DNA of 64,000 nt from a bacterium (GTDB taxonomy: Bacteria; Patescibacteriota; Saccharimonadia; Saccharimonadales; DATKHC01). A program made the position numbers and the translations under genes. Below are positions 38,707 through 48,941 of this stretch, one piece after another. Below the pieces are notes generated by a model that saw only the letters and a list, made by a program, of their open reading frames with translations, was not told the DNA's origin and did not search any database. Position 1 is the first letter of the stretch. Each line of letters begins with the position of its first letter. Location of the stretch: the NCBI GenBank assembly GCA_021781215.1, contig JAJXXC010000004.1:66975-130974 (forward strand). Direction: 5' to 3'.

Positions 38707-39954
38707 ATGACAAAAAACCTATTTCGATTCAAAAAAAGTGACAAAATATCACTAAGCAGTGATAACGTTAGGGCTGCGAGAGATTACATCAAAAACTACT
38801 GGAATACGCTGGAACGTTTTAGCCCGGAAGAAAATGATAGTCTGATAGGCCTACCGAAACCCTATTTAGTACCCGCCTATGAGAAGAGTCATAGTTTTGA
38901 TTTCAACGAACTATACTACTGGGATAGTTATTTTATGGTGCAAGGAATACTGGATGATGACCATAAAGAATTAGTTATGGGTATACTGGAGGATTTAATA
39001 AGTTTATTTAAGCGCTATAACGTTATTCCCAACGCATCTAGAACCTACTTAACTGGGCACTCTCAGCCGCCCCTATTAACTAGTTTTATTTGGGATGTTT
39101 ATGACGCTTACAAACTTAACAACGAATGGTTAAGGGAAAAAATTGAAATAGCTAAGGCAGAGTATAGGACCGTATGGATGGGTACCAAAAAACCAAATGA
39201 AAGGTTGATATATAAGAATCTTTCGCGATACTACGACATTAATCACATAGACGATTTAGCAGAAACTGAAAGTGGCTGGGATATGACTCCACGATTCAAT
39301 CACCGTGCGCTAAATTATCTTCCCATTGATTTAAATAGTCTGCTCTATAAATATGAGGCTGATTTTGCTAAAACAGCTGATGCCCTTGGTGATGAACAAG
39401 AGGCGAGGCTATGGAGAAAAGCCATGGATCAAAGAGCCAATACTATAAATGAACTCATGTGGGACAAGGGCAATAATCTATATTACGACTATAATTTTAC
39501 CAAGCATAAACTTAGTCATGTTGGATCACTAGCTAGTTTCTATCCGTTATGGAGTGGTATGGCTAATGAGTATCAGGCAAAGAAACTAGTAAAAAGTTTG
39601 GCGCGTTTTGAATACAAGGGTGGCCTATCGGCTACCGACAACTCAACATTTAGTCGATTCATGCCCTACTCAATTAACATGCAGTGGGCTTATCCAAATG
39701 GCTGGGCGCCACTGCATTTTATGATAGTTTATGGTTTACAGCGTTATGGCTACCACGAAGATGCGCGTCGAGTTGCAATGAAATGGCTCAAAACTAACTT
39801 AGACTGGTTCAATAAACATGGCGTTTTCTTAGAAAAATACAATGTAGTTCAACCCGAAGAACCGCCAGCAAAAGGACTCTACCCTTCTCAAACTGGTTTT
39901 GGCTGGACAAATGCGGTTTTTGAACGATTCTGCCAGGACTTCATAGACAAATAA
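38707..39954 (+). CDS. alpha,alpha-trehalase (GH37)
   Basis: 415 aa with trehalase signatures: ELYYWDSYFMVQG (signature-1-like) and QWAYPNGWAPLHF (signature-2-like). Confidence 0.85.
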   Translation: MTKNLFRFKKSDKISLSSDNVRAARDYIKNYWNTLERFSPEENDSLIGLPKPYLVPAYEKSHSFDFNELYYWDSYFMVQGILDDDHKELVMGILEDLISLFKRYNVIPNASRTYLTGHSQPPLLTSFIWDVYDAYKLNNEWLREKIEIAKAEYRTVWMGTKKPNERLIYKNLSRYYDINHIDDLAETESGWDMTPRFNHRALNYLPIDLNSLLYKYEADFAKTADALGDEQEARLWRKAMDQRANTINELMWDKGNNLYYDYNFTKHKLSHVGSLASFYPLWSGMANEYQAKKLVKSLARFEYKGGLSATDNSTFSRFMPYSINMQWAYPNGWAPLHFMIVYGLQRYGYHEDARRVAMKWLKTNLDWFNKHGVFLEKYNVVQPEEPPAKGLYPSQTGFGWTNAVFERFCQDFIDK

Positions 39955-40022
39955 TCTTCTGGAGCTAGTTAACGCATAATCATAAGCCCTGCTTGCTACA
40001 CTATAATTTTTTGCTTATAGTA

Positions 40023-40940
40023 ATGCTTATGGATAGCGTATTAGTTACTACCAAACTTTCTAAAAAATATCCAAACGCAAATGTATATGCACTTAAGAAC
40101 CTGACACTTAATGTTGGACCTGGCGAAGTCTACGGTTTTTTAGGACCAAATGGCGCCGGTAAATCAACGGCAATTAGGACGCTGATGAATTTTATTCAGC
40201 CAACAAGCGGTAGCGCAACAATCTTAGGCCGCGATATTATTAAAGATTCTGTAAAAATTAAACAAGAAATTGGTTATCTTGCCGGGGACGGCGCAGTCTA
40301 TAACAAAATGACCGGTCGTCAGTATTTAGAGTATCTAGGCGAGCTGCAACCACCATCCTCCAAGACATACCAGCAAGAACTCACAAAACGTCTCCAGGCC
40401 ACTTTAAATAAACCCCTAGGGTCACTTTCGCGTGGTAATCGACAAAAGATTTCTATCATCCAAGCATTTATGCACCAACCTAAGCTACTTATTTTAGATG
40501 AGCCGAGTAGTGGACTAGATCCATTGATGCAAGAAGTGTTCTATGAACTGATTGCCGAATCAAAAGCTCGTGGAGCTGCAGTTTTTATGAGTAGTCATAT
40601 TTTGAGTGAAGTTCAAAAAATATGTGATCGAGTCGGAATTATTCGTAATGGAGAGCTAGTGACCGAACGAAATATCGCCGAAATGGCTGAAGAGGCTGCT
40701 CAGACTTTTGACTTAACTTTTAAAGATAACCTACCTGTTAGTAAATTAAAAAATCTTGCTTGCGTACAGAAGCTAGTCGAGAATAGTCCTCATAGCGTTA
40801 CCTTACAAGTCAGAGGTGAGCTTGCACCTTTATTCTCGATATTAGCTCAATACACCGTTACCAATATTGATACTCGTACGCTCGATTTAGAAGAAGCCTT
40901 TATGCATTACTATCAGCCCCGAGAGGACAGACATGTTTAG
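40023..40940 (+). CDS. ABC transporter ATP-binding protein
   Basis: Walker A GPNGAGKST, signature LSRGNRQK, Walker B LILDEP. Start set at the in-frame ATG at 40023; the track ORF begins at a TTG at 39993. Confidence 0.85.
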   Translation: MLMDSVLVTTKLSKKYPNANVYALKNLTLNVGPGEVYGFLGPNGAGKSTAIRTLMNFIQPTSGSATILGRDIIKDSVKIKQEIGYLAGDGAVYNKMTGRQYLEYLGELQPPSSKTYQQELTKRLQATLNKPLGSLSRGNRQKISIIQAFMHQPKLLILDEPSSGLDPLMQEVFYELIAESKARGAAVFMSSHILSEVQKICDRVGIIRNGELVTERNIAEMAEEAAQTFDLTFKDNLPVSKLKNLACVQKLVENSPHSVTLQVRGELAPLFSILAQYTVTNIDTRTLDLEEAFMHYYQPREDRHV

Positions 40941-41724
40941 TGTTTTTAAATGGACTTTGTGGCAACGCCGTTGGAGTACGTTATGGTGGAGCTTGGGTAT
41001 AGTCAGTTTAATAACCCTGACTTTATCGTTTTATCCAACCATCCATAATCAGGCCGCTCAACTCAATAAAAGTTTTGGCAGTTTAAATAATAGTACACTT
41101 GCCTTATTTGGTGGCACGGATTTTTTTTCACCAGTCGGTTATCTTAATAGCCAATTAATATATTTAATGCTACCCTTGTTATTAATAATTTTGGGCGTTG
41201 GCCTAGGTAGTAGCTTAATAGGCCGCGAGGAATCCGAGGGAACGATAGAGCTACTACTTGCTCGACCCATATCACGTCCTCGCCTTATCTTGGCAAAGGC
41301 TTTAGCGGGAGCTTTTATAATATTTTTAGTAACTACAATTGGCTCGTTAGTCACCATCGGCTTAGCTAAGGTAGTAAACATGGGCATCCCACTCACAAAC
41401 ATTGCGATGGCGTGCCTAGCATGTTTTATGTTAGTACTAACCTTCAGCGCCATCGCCTTTTTGCTGTCCTCTACCGGTAGGGGTCGAGCTTCAGCTCTCG
41501 GAATTACTATAGTTTATACCCTTGGTGGTTACATTATTGGCTCGCTCGCTAATACCGTACACGGGCTCCGAATTCCTAGTATGCTCTTCCCGTATCATTA
41601 CTACCAATCGGCCGACATCTTGCGAGGCACATTTAATTGGAGTTCGATTACATTTTTTGGAATCTTCATAGGTGTGTGTTTAATACTTGCCCTACTAAGC
41701 TTCAGGCGTCGAGACCTTGGATAA
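40933..41724 (+). CDS. ABC-2 family permease
   Basis: 263 aa with about 6 TM segments; 8-nt overlap with the ATPase gene. Confidence 0.7.
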   Translation: MFSVFKWTLWQRRWSTLWWSLGIVSLITLTLSFYPTIHNQAAQLNKSFGSLNNSTLALFGGTDFFSPVGYLNSQLIYLMLPLLLIILGVGLGSSLIGREESEGTIELLLARPISRPRLILAKALAGAFIIFLVTTIGSLVTIGLAKVVNMGIPLTNIAMACLACFMLVLTFSAIAFLLSSTGRGRASALGITIVYTLGGYIIGSLANTVHGLRIPSMLFPYHYYQSADILRGTFNWSSITFFGIFIGVCLILALLSFRRRDLG

Positions 41725-41794
41725 AAGATTATCTATTGAATTTTTAAGCAATAGTACTATAGTCACTAAATAGGAGATTCAATTAAAACAAAAA

Positions 41795-43006
41795 ATGAGA
41801 ATCGCATCTGAACAGAAGGAGTTAGTTAGAGCCCAGATAGATAGAGGTGAGGTGGTAACCTTATTGGGGAACACTGTTTTGGATAGTATCTCAAACGATC
41901 AAATATTCAATCCTGCAATAACAAGTCAAGAAATTATTTTGGAACCTATGCTACCCCAATTAGCCCGACGCTTAGAGCAAACACCAACTTTAGGGATCCA
42001 TGAGGTTAAAGGTAGCGAAGGACTTTTTAACGTAACGGTACTAGACAATGGTGGGGTTAAATATTTATTTGGCCGAAAGGTGCAGGAAGCTGCTGAACAG
42101 GGTCAACCAGATTTTGGTTCCTTGGTTATGGCCGAGCTTGGGCCGGATAATAACATTATATCCATGGATGAGGTGTGGAACCCCAAAGGACAAGATATTT
42201 TAATTGAAGACCCTCGAGCTCATCAAACTATTGATGGCAAAACTATTATTGGAGTTACCGCCGTTAGGCAATCGGAGGAGAACAAGACATATCCAGCCTT
42301 TATAAAACTGGACTCTCCGGATCGGTTGTTGACACACCCCTTCCCCAAGCTACACATTATTGAAAAGTTTGGAAATGGTAGTCAAGCTACGCCATTAGGT
42401 GAAACAACTAAGGGTAAAAATGCCACAACAGTCGATGCAACGCATATTATGTATAGACCCGATGGGCTGAATCACGCCCTGCAAGTATTTGAGTATATAA
42501 ATAATGACGCTAATCACGTAGGTTTTATAGATTTCCCGAAAGATATCCCTGGAGCAACATATAAAATCGGGACAACCACCCCTCCCGAATGGATCAATGA
42601 TCATGAAGCATTTTTCATATTTCATGGGATTGATAAAACTATAGACGGCAAAGTCGTGGATCCCGACACAATAGATGATCGAGTTATCTATCACTACTCA
42701 ATCCATACAGCAAGACTCTTGAAATCAATTAACGATCAAGGGGAAACATTGTTTTCGGTAGACAATATTAGTCGGGCGCCGATAATAACTCCCGATTCAT
42801 TTCCTAGACTAAATGATAGTCGTCAAATTGAACTTCACCCTGAGATAAGACGAGTGACATATAGCTGCGGCGGAACAGCTATTAAAAATCCAGAGGGGCA
42901 ATTAATTCAAGAAAAACTTTTTGTAAATCAAGGTGATAAACGTACTTGGGTAGTAATTATTGATGCAGTCGCAATAATCTCCAGTTGGGATCGTAGACTT
43001 AAGTAA
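41795..43006 (+). CDS. hypothetical 403-aa protein
   Basis: Long clean ORF with no motif I can name; lies between the ABC-2 exporter and the PQ-loop gene. Confidence 0.5.
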   Translation: MRIASEQKELVRAQIDRGEVVTLLGNTVLDSISNDQIFNPAITSQEIILEPMLPQLARRLEQTPTLGIHEVKGSEGLFNVTVLDNGGVKYLFGRKVQEAAEQGQPDFGSLVMAELGPDNNIISMDEVWNPKGQDILIEDPRAHQTIDGKTIIGVTAVRQSEENKTYPAFIKLDSPDRLLTHPFPKLHIIEKFGNGSQATPLGETTKGKNATTVDATHIMYRPDGLNHALQVFEYINNDANHVGFIDFPKDIPGATYKIGTTTPPEWINDHEAFFIFHGIDKTIDGKVVDPDTIDDRVIYHYSIHTARLLKSINDQGETLFSVDNISRAPIITPDSFPRLNDSRQIELHPEIRRVTYSCGGTAIKNPEGQLIQEKLFVNQGDKRTWVVIIDAVAIISSWDRRLK

Positions 43007-43078
43007 TTAGCAGCAGAAATCGAACATACCTAAACTTTGGTCTATTTCTGAATTCTATTGCTCTGATAAAAGATAGTC

Positions 43079-43420
43079 GTGATAAAATTAGGTATGCATT
43101 ATCTCGGGTTGCGTCATAAACATGAACGTACAATAGCACACAAAAAACACAATAAAACATCGTATAAAATATGGCTAGATAAGGTCACGTTTGTCGCTGG
43201 AATAGTTGGACCTTTTACCGTTCTGCCACAAATTTATAGTATATTCACCACAAAATCTGCGGCAGGCGTTTCGCTGCTAACCTGGGCTCTTATATTCATC
43301 GTAACCTTCCCATGGATTTTATATGGTATAGCTCACAGAGAAAAGAGTATAATCGTAAGCTTTATCTTATGGGAAATTGCCAACCTTTTAGTTGTTATTG
43401 GGGTGCTGTTATATCACTAA
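43079..43420 (+). CDS. PQ-loop / SemiSWEET-like 3-TM membrane protein
   Basis: Three hydrophobic helices with an LPQ motif (GPFTVLPQIYSIF). The start codon is uncertain because the basic N-terminal extension may not be translated. Confidence 0.5.
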   Translation: MIKLGMHYLGLRHKHERTIAHKKHNKTSYKIWLDKVTFVAGIVGPFTVLPQIYSIFTTKSAAGVSLLTWALIFIVTFPWILYGIAHREKSIIVSFILWEIANLLVVIGVLLYH

Positions 43421-43436
43421 GAACACGTTATTAGTG

Positions 43437-43691
43437 TTACGCCTTAAGCCCAAACATGCTAGCTAGCTGACTATTGCTTGGTTCCACAAGTATTTCACCG
43501 TTTGAAAAGACAATGGTTGGAATACTTTTAAGGCCGTTATTAATTTCACTAACCTCATCTGCTGCACTTGCAACCTTATCGATATCAATATAGTTATATG
43601 GAATGCCCATAGTGTCTAAAAACTCACGGCTGCGTTTACAGTCGGCACACCAATCGGCTCCATAAAATTTAGTGATTGATATGTTTGTCAT
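43437..43691 (-). CDS. glutaredoxin/mycoredoxin-like small redoxin
   Basis: 84 aa with a CADC motif in a YGADWCADCKR context and an IPTIVF motif. Confidence 0.7.
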   Translation of the reverse strand: MTNISITKFYGADWCADCKRSREFLDTMGIPYNYIDIDKVASAADEVSEINNGLKSIPTIVFSNGEILVEPSNSQLASMFGLKA

Positions 43692-43803
43692 TTATATTAA
43701 TTATAGCAAACGATTATTTATTAAATATTAATCCTGGAGCTTGGTGATAACGGGGCTAGAATATAATTTTAATCGAAGAGCCTCTGTCTACAGATAGATA
43801 AAT

Positions 43804-45912
43804 TTATTTATATTTTTTGATATTAGGCCACCAGATTTTTCTACCAATATCATAAGAGATAGCTGGAACGAATAATGACCTAATTATCAAGGTATCTAGT
43901 AAGACACCGAAGGAAACTATAAATGCTAGTTCCGCTAAAAATAATATCGGAATGACTCCAAGGGCAGCGAAAGTTGCAGACAATACAATGCCGGCGGAAG
44001 TTATAACACTTCCAGTCACACTTAGACCCTTTAAGATCCCATATCTAGTTGAAGTCTTAAGCGACTCTTCCCTGATCCTAGTCATTAAGAAAATGTTATA
44101 GTCAACGCCAAGAGCTACTAAAAATATAAAGCCAAACAATGGCACGGATGGGTCAGCTCCCGGAAAATGAAATACATGGTTAAAAATGATAGCGGAGATT
44201 GCCAGGGTTGCTGCATAGCTTATGATAACTGAAATAATTAGAATGACTGGGGCCAATATAGACCTGAGTAGTAATATAAGGATTACCAAAATAATAGCTA
44301 GAACCACTGGAATAATGATCTTTAAATCGTGTTTTGCTGCATTATTAGTATCTAGTTGGATGGCAGAATTTCCACCGACAAGCACATTTTTATCAAATAC
44401 TTTGAGTGATGTTCGAAGTTGACTAACTAGACTTTCAGCTTGTGGCGACTGCCCTTGGTAATTGGTTACCACATTAATCAGAACTTTATTATCAGCTACT
44501 ATAGGTATACTTGATTTGGTAATTGGATTGTTGTCCGAGAGAATAGTAGCCGAGCTTATGCCATTAGTTTGGTTAAGCGACTTAACGATAGCTTCGGAGC
44601 TTGATTGAGATGCTATGATCTGCATTGGATTGCCCGAACCGGCTGGGAAATATTTACCTAAGAGATTCTGGCCAGTTATTGCTTCTGACTTTCCGGTAAT
44701 ATTTTGCGCCTGTGATACCCCGCTAGCCTTAAGTGTCGGTAGGCCTATAATAATGATTGCCAACAAGCTGACACCAAGTACAATCCAAATCATTCGGAAT
44801 CTGTTCTCAACAAATCTAGCAATTTTATTCCAAAAATTAGAATACAGGTTAAATTTCGATGGTTCGTTTTTGGATGATGTTTCGGCATCATAGGTCACCT
44901 TAAGTGGCCAAAACGATTTTCTACCAAATAATAACAATAAAGCTGGGAAGAAAGTCATGGCGGTGAAATAAGACATTATTATCCCAGTTGCAGCAACCGG
45001 TCCAAGACTACGATTCGAATTAAGTTCTGAGAATAATAGACTGAACAGACCGGCGATTACGGTAAGAGCAGCTGCCGTAATTGGCTCCCAAGTAGACAGT
45101 AGTGATTGCCTGATTGCATCAAATTTATTATCAAACTGATGAAGTTTTTCTTTAAATCTTGATATAAATAGAATTGAATAGTCCGTTGTTGCGCCTATGA
45201 CTAAAATTGATAAAATTCCCTGTCCTTCGCCATTGAGCTGAATTACGTTATGTTTGGCCAGAAAGTAGACTACGAGTATTGATCCACTAAGGGCAAAAAC
45301 AGAACTCAATAAAACTAGTATCGGTAAAAATATCGACCGATATACAACCAATAAAATTACTAGAACGGCAATAATAGCTACATAAGTCAGTATCCCGTTG
45401 ATACCATTAAAGGCATTGGAAAAAGCATTTATAATACCGGCTGGTCCGGTTACATATGTTGATAAATATTTTGGTTTATTATTGGCCAAAATATTGTGCA
45501 GACCATTAATGGTTGGGTTGTTATTAGTTGTGGCTGTAGTTGGAACGATTATCTCGGCCGCCATTTTATTTTCTGAAATTATTGGACCGACTATGAAAGT
45601 ATTTTTAGATAGATAAACTCCGGTGACATCTTTAAACTGTTTTGGCAGATTAGATATGTAGCTTAAATCATTATTTGTAAATTTATTAGGTGATTGGATA
45701 AAGATGATAGCCGGGAACGAGTTGGTCTGTTCAAATTTTGATATCTGATTTTGGACTTGTGTTGATTGGGCCGATTTTGGTAAATATGATCCTTCGTTAT
45801 TATTAGCTACGGAGTTAATTTTGGCGAAAGTTGGACCTCCGACAGAAGCTATAACTAACCAAACTAATAATGTTACGGTTGAAATCAAATAGTATTTTGT
45901 TCGTTTTTGCAT
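43804..45912 (-). CDS. MMPL-family (RND superfamily) transporter
   Basis: 702 aa with 12 predicted TM segments in two 6-TM blocks plus large loops, and motifs GATTDYSILFISRFKE and GVDYNIFLMTRIRE. Confidence 0.85.
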   Translation of the reverse strand: MQKRTKYYLISTVTLLVWLVIASVGGPTFAKINSVANNNEGSYLPKSAQSTQVQNQISKFEQTNSFPAIIFIQSPNKFTNNDLSYISNLPKQFKDVTGVYLSKNTFIVGPIISENKMAAEIIVPTTATTNNNPTINGLHNILANNKPKYLSTYVTGPAGIINAFSNAFNGINGILTYVAIIAVLVILLVVYRSIFLPILVLLSSVFALSGSILVVYFLAKHNVIQLNGEGQGILSILVIGATTDYSILFISRFKEKLHQFDNKFDAIRQSLLSTWEPITAAALTVIAGLFSLLFSELNSNRSLGPVAATGIIMSYFTAMTFFPALLLLFGRKSFWPLKVTYDAETSSKNEPSKFNLYSNFWNKIARFVENRFRMIWIVLGVSLLAIIIIGLPTLKASGVSQAQNITGKSEAITGQNLLGKYFPAGSGNPMQIIASQSSSEAIVKSLNQTNGISSATILSDNNPITKSSIPIVADNKVLINVVTNYQGQSPQAESLVSQLRTSLKVFDKNVLVGGNSAIQLDTNNAAKHDLKIIIPVVLAIILVILILLLRSILAPVILIISVIISYAATLAISAIIFNHVFHFPGADPSVPLFGFIFLVALGVDYNIFLMTRIREESLKTSTRYGILKGLSVTGSVITSAGIVLSATFAALGVIPILFLAELAFIVSFGVLLDTLIIRSLFVPAISYDIGRKIWWPNIKKYK

Positions 45913-46009
45913 GCCGGTTAATTATACTATTTATAAACAATAATTGACACTTTGTGAAAGTCGATTAATCAGACGATATGCCCCTATGTCTCGCTTTCTA
46001 TAGATAGAA

Positions 46010-47038
46010 TTAAGCTAAGCTGTTTGGCACAAAATTATTGCTCTTTATATCTCGCAAGAATGCTAGTTCAACTATTTTAAATATCATCGACCTAAAACCT
46101 ATCTTCTCATTTAAATAACAAGCTTTGGGAAATGAGCCATATCCTTCAATTAAACTAGGTATTAGATTTGCTTCTAAGAATTGTGGAGTCCCCTGATCAT
46201 CTATTCGAATATCTATTCTCCCGAAATCACGTCCACCCAATGCCGTAAAAGCACTCAATGCCAAACTACAGATTGCAATTCTAAGCTCACTTTCATCCAG
46301 GGATAAAGCACTTTCTTCATTAGCCGACTTAACGCCACTACCCAATATACGATTGCCAAATTCATCCGGAGAAGTTATTAACTCCAAAGGCATTGTATAT
46401 ATAGAGTCGTTATCGGTTTGATTAAAAACCCCTACGCTAAATTCACGTCCCGTAAGATATCTCTCGATAATTGAGTCTGACCCAAAATTATAAGAAATGT
46501 CATAAACTTTGGCCTTTAACTCAACTAAGTTATTAACCACAGACTTGTTATTAATACCTAGCCCACCTCCCCGATTATTAGGTTTAACAAATAGTGGAAA
46601 TGTAAAATCTTTTGGTATCTCAATTGCTGAATTTAAATCATCTTTGTTGATTAGTAAATACGGTGAGGTATCTACTCCAGCATTCAATATGCATTTTTTA
46701 GCTAAAGATTTATCGACTGATTGTTCATGAGCTATTTTGTTTGATCCGGTATAAGTAATTCCAAATCTGTCGAGATATTCCGATATCCAAATTTTCCTAG
46801 ATAATTCAACACCAGGTGCCATATCATTGTTGATAAACTTCATACCCAAAAAAACTAAATCTGGGTTAAGTTTAACTAATGAATTGAGATCGCTAAGATT
46901 ATCGACTATAGTGATGCCAACTCTAGAATACTTACTTCTTAGAGCAAGAAGAATTGCATCACCGGAATCACGGCTCATTGAACTGAACCGAGTTTTCGAA
47001 GAACGAACAATCTCGATGTGTTTATCTATCATTATCAT
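46010..47038 (-). CDS. ATP-grasp protein (D-Ala-D-Ala ligase-like)
   Basis: 342 aa with FPLFVKPNNRGGGLGI and EANLIPS motifs. The N-terminus differs from canonical Ddl. Confidence 0.6.
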   Translation of the reverse strand: MIMIDKHIEIVRSSKTRFSSMSRDSGDAILLALRSKYSRVGITIVDNLSDLNSLVKLNPDLVFLGMKFINNDMAPGVELSRKIWISEYLDRFGITYTGSNKIAHEQSVDKSLAKKCILNAGVDTSPYLLINKDDLNSAIEIPKDFTFPLFVKPNNRGGGLGINNKSVVNNLVELKAKVYDISYNFGSDSIIERYLTGREFSVGVFNQTDNDSIYTMPLELITSPDEFGNRILGSGVKSANEESALSLDESELRIAICSLALSAFTALGGRDFGRIDIRIDDQGTPQFLEANLIPSLIEGYGSFPKACYLNEKIGFRSMIFKIVELAFLRDIKSNNFVPNSLA

Positions 47039-47104
47039 TAAATTTTACAAATCTTCTCAAGATCTTCTTAAGGCGTCGTACAAGTCTTGATTTAAAAAGC
47101 TTAT

Positions 47105-47395
47105 CTAGTATGACTTACGAAAGTCATTGCCACCAGAACGTCTATCTTCCTGTGGACGAGCTTCGTTAACAACTATTTCTCGGCCACTTAGGCTTTTGCC
47201 ATTCAAATTCTTAATTGCGTTTTGAGCTTCTGTGTTGTCTGACATCTCTACGAAGCCAAAACCCTTAGATTGACCACTATCTCGGTCTTTAATGACTGCC
47301 GCGCTAACAACTTGACCTTGTTCAGCAAAAAAATCTTCTAATTCTTTTTCGGTTACGCTATAGGCTAATCCGCCTACATATAGTTTCATTGACAT
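47105..47395 (-). CDS. RRM-type RNA-binding protein
   Basis: 96 aa with RNP-2 LYVGGL and RNP-1 KGFGFVEM motifs. Confidence 0.9.
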   Translation of the reverse strand: MSMKLYVGGLAYSVTEKELEDFFAEQGQVVSAAVIKDRDSGQSKGFGFVEMSDNTEAQNAIKNLNGKSLSGREIVVNEARPQEDRRSGGNDFRKSY

Positions 47396-47572
47396 TTTAA
47401 TATCTTTCTTTTTAGTTAATATGGCAGGCTTAATATTTCACCCGAGATAATATTAAGTTTTTTTAAGAACGAACTATGAAGACGGAGAGGTTATATAACC
47501 ACTTGCTATAAGTATTGTAGCACAATAAATATATATTCCGTAATAGTTTTTATAATTTGTAAAATAGTTTAA

Positions 47573-48469
47573 TCAAGCCACGTCCTGAATTTGTTTTTCG
47601 TTCCTTAAGCTATTTTTTTCCTGATTTTGCTTAGACCGTTCATGTAGAAATATAATATGATTATCGATTTGGTCACGAGCCTGTTCCGCTTCCGGATTTA
47701 ATCCTTCAAGCTTATCCAGGCCTAGCTTATCAATGGTTGGTTGAAATACTAAATCAACGAGCTCTGTTATACCAAAAATTCCAGCTTTTCTAATTTCCAC
47801 TGAATGTCTATTAAAATTCGGTATGCCGGTACCAGGCATTTTAAATCCAACTAGTTGATTAAGGCTAGCTATCACCATAGCCGAAGGATCAATCTTAAAA
47901 GCTGCAGTGGCTAGACCAAAATAGAAATCATGGTGACGTCCCTCGTCACCGGCAACGTAACCCATTATTTTTGGGCCACCTCTTTCTTTATCTAGCATTC
48001 TCCCAGTATTTCGGTGTGAGACTTGAGTAGCCAATTCTTGGAAACTGGTATAAATCAATAATTCTGCTAAATTAGGTGGTTCAGGAACTACTCCACCCTT
48101 CATCTGTATCATTCTGGAATTTTCCAGCTCTACAGGATCTATTGCATGAGTAGCCAAAACCCAATCGCGTATTACCGCCGAATGCCGCCATTCTTCAGCC
48201 GTCCATTGTCGAGTCCAGGCGGAAAATGGATGGTCTCCACCCAAGCGATTTAATAAAGTATGGCTATAATATGGTAGATTGTCTTCAGTTAGTAAATTAA
48301 CCAATATGGCGCTTCTTACCCCTTGGGTCAGTGGATATTCATGTTCATCCCAAACATAATCACTGTCAAAATTTGTCGCTAGATCATACGGCACTAGCTC
48401 GTGTGGATACCAAGTTTTCTCAGTTATTTTCAGATGATAATTGAGTAACTTCTCGGCTGGCTCCGCCAA
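47573..48469 (-). CDS. acyl-ACP desaturase (soluble di-iron, DesA-like)
   Basis: 298 aa with di-iron ligand motifs WTAEEWRH and GDEGRHHDF. The TTG start is uncertain because the frame stays open a further 26 codons upstream. Confidence 0.8.
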   Translation of the reverse strand: MAEPAEKLLNYHLKITEKTWYPHELVPYDLATNFDSDYVWDEHEYPLTQGVRSAILVNLLTEDNLPYYSHTLLNRLGGDHPFSAWTRQWTAEEWRHSAVIRDWVLATHAIDPVELENSRMIQMKGGVVPEPPNLAELLIYTSFQELATQVSHRNTGRMLDKERGGPKIMGYVAGDEGRHHDFYFGLATAAFKIDPSAMVIASLNQLVGFKMPGTGIPNFNRHSVEIRKAGIFGITELVDLVFQPTIDKLGLDKLEGLNPEAEQARDQIDNHIIFLHERSKQNQEKNSLRNEKQIQDVA

Positions 48470-48635
48470 TTCATTAATCAGTACTCGATCGACTTTTGCG
48501 CCAGCTTCAAAATTACTAATAATAGACCTCGGTAATTCTTTATTATTACCTTAAATAATAGTCCTTTTTTAAGCAAAACTAAATAGGCCTTAACCTAAAC
48601 TATATTAACTACGAACATCCCTAGGGATGGATAAT

Positions 48636-48923
48636 CTATCTAGTAACTTCTCCACCTAAATTAATCCAGCTAGACAGTCCACCTATGTTAGTGGCAGTAA
48701 AACCTTGGCTCTTCAGTAGGCTCTCAGCAGTGCCTGCACGACCTCCCGAGGCACAATAAATGTATATCGGTAAATCCGGGTTTAAATCTCCAGTATAACC
48801 AGTTAACAGATTATTGATTGAGATATGTATAGCGCCCTTTGCATGTCCATCTCTCCACTCATCTTTAGTTCGTACGTCAAGTAATTGGGCCTTACCTAAC
48901 TTTATATCTTCTACTATATTCAT
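48636..48923 (-). CDS. single-domain rhodanese sulfurtransferase
   Basis: 95 aa with the active-site loop YCASGGRAG. Confidence 0.85.
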   Translation of the reverse strand: MNIVEDIKLGKAQLLDVRTKDEWRDGHAKGAIHISINNLLTGYTGDLNPDLPIYIYCASGGRAGTAESLLKSQGFTATNIGGLSSWINLGGEVTR

Positions 48924-48941
48924 TATTTGCTCCTTTAAAAT

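Noticed and set aside
43007-43078. CAGAAAT...ATTTCTG inverted repeat as a terminator after the 403-aa gene
   Set aside because: It has a 7-bp AT-rich stem with a loop of about 24 nt and no T-tract, which is too weak to call.
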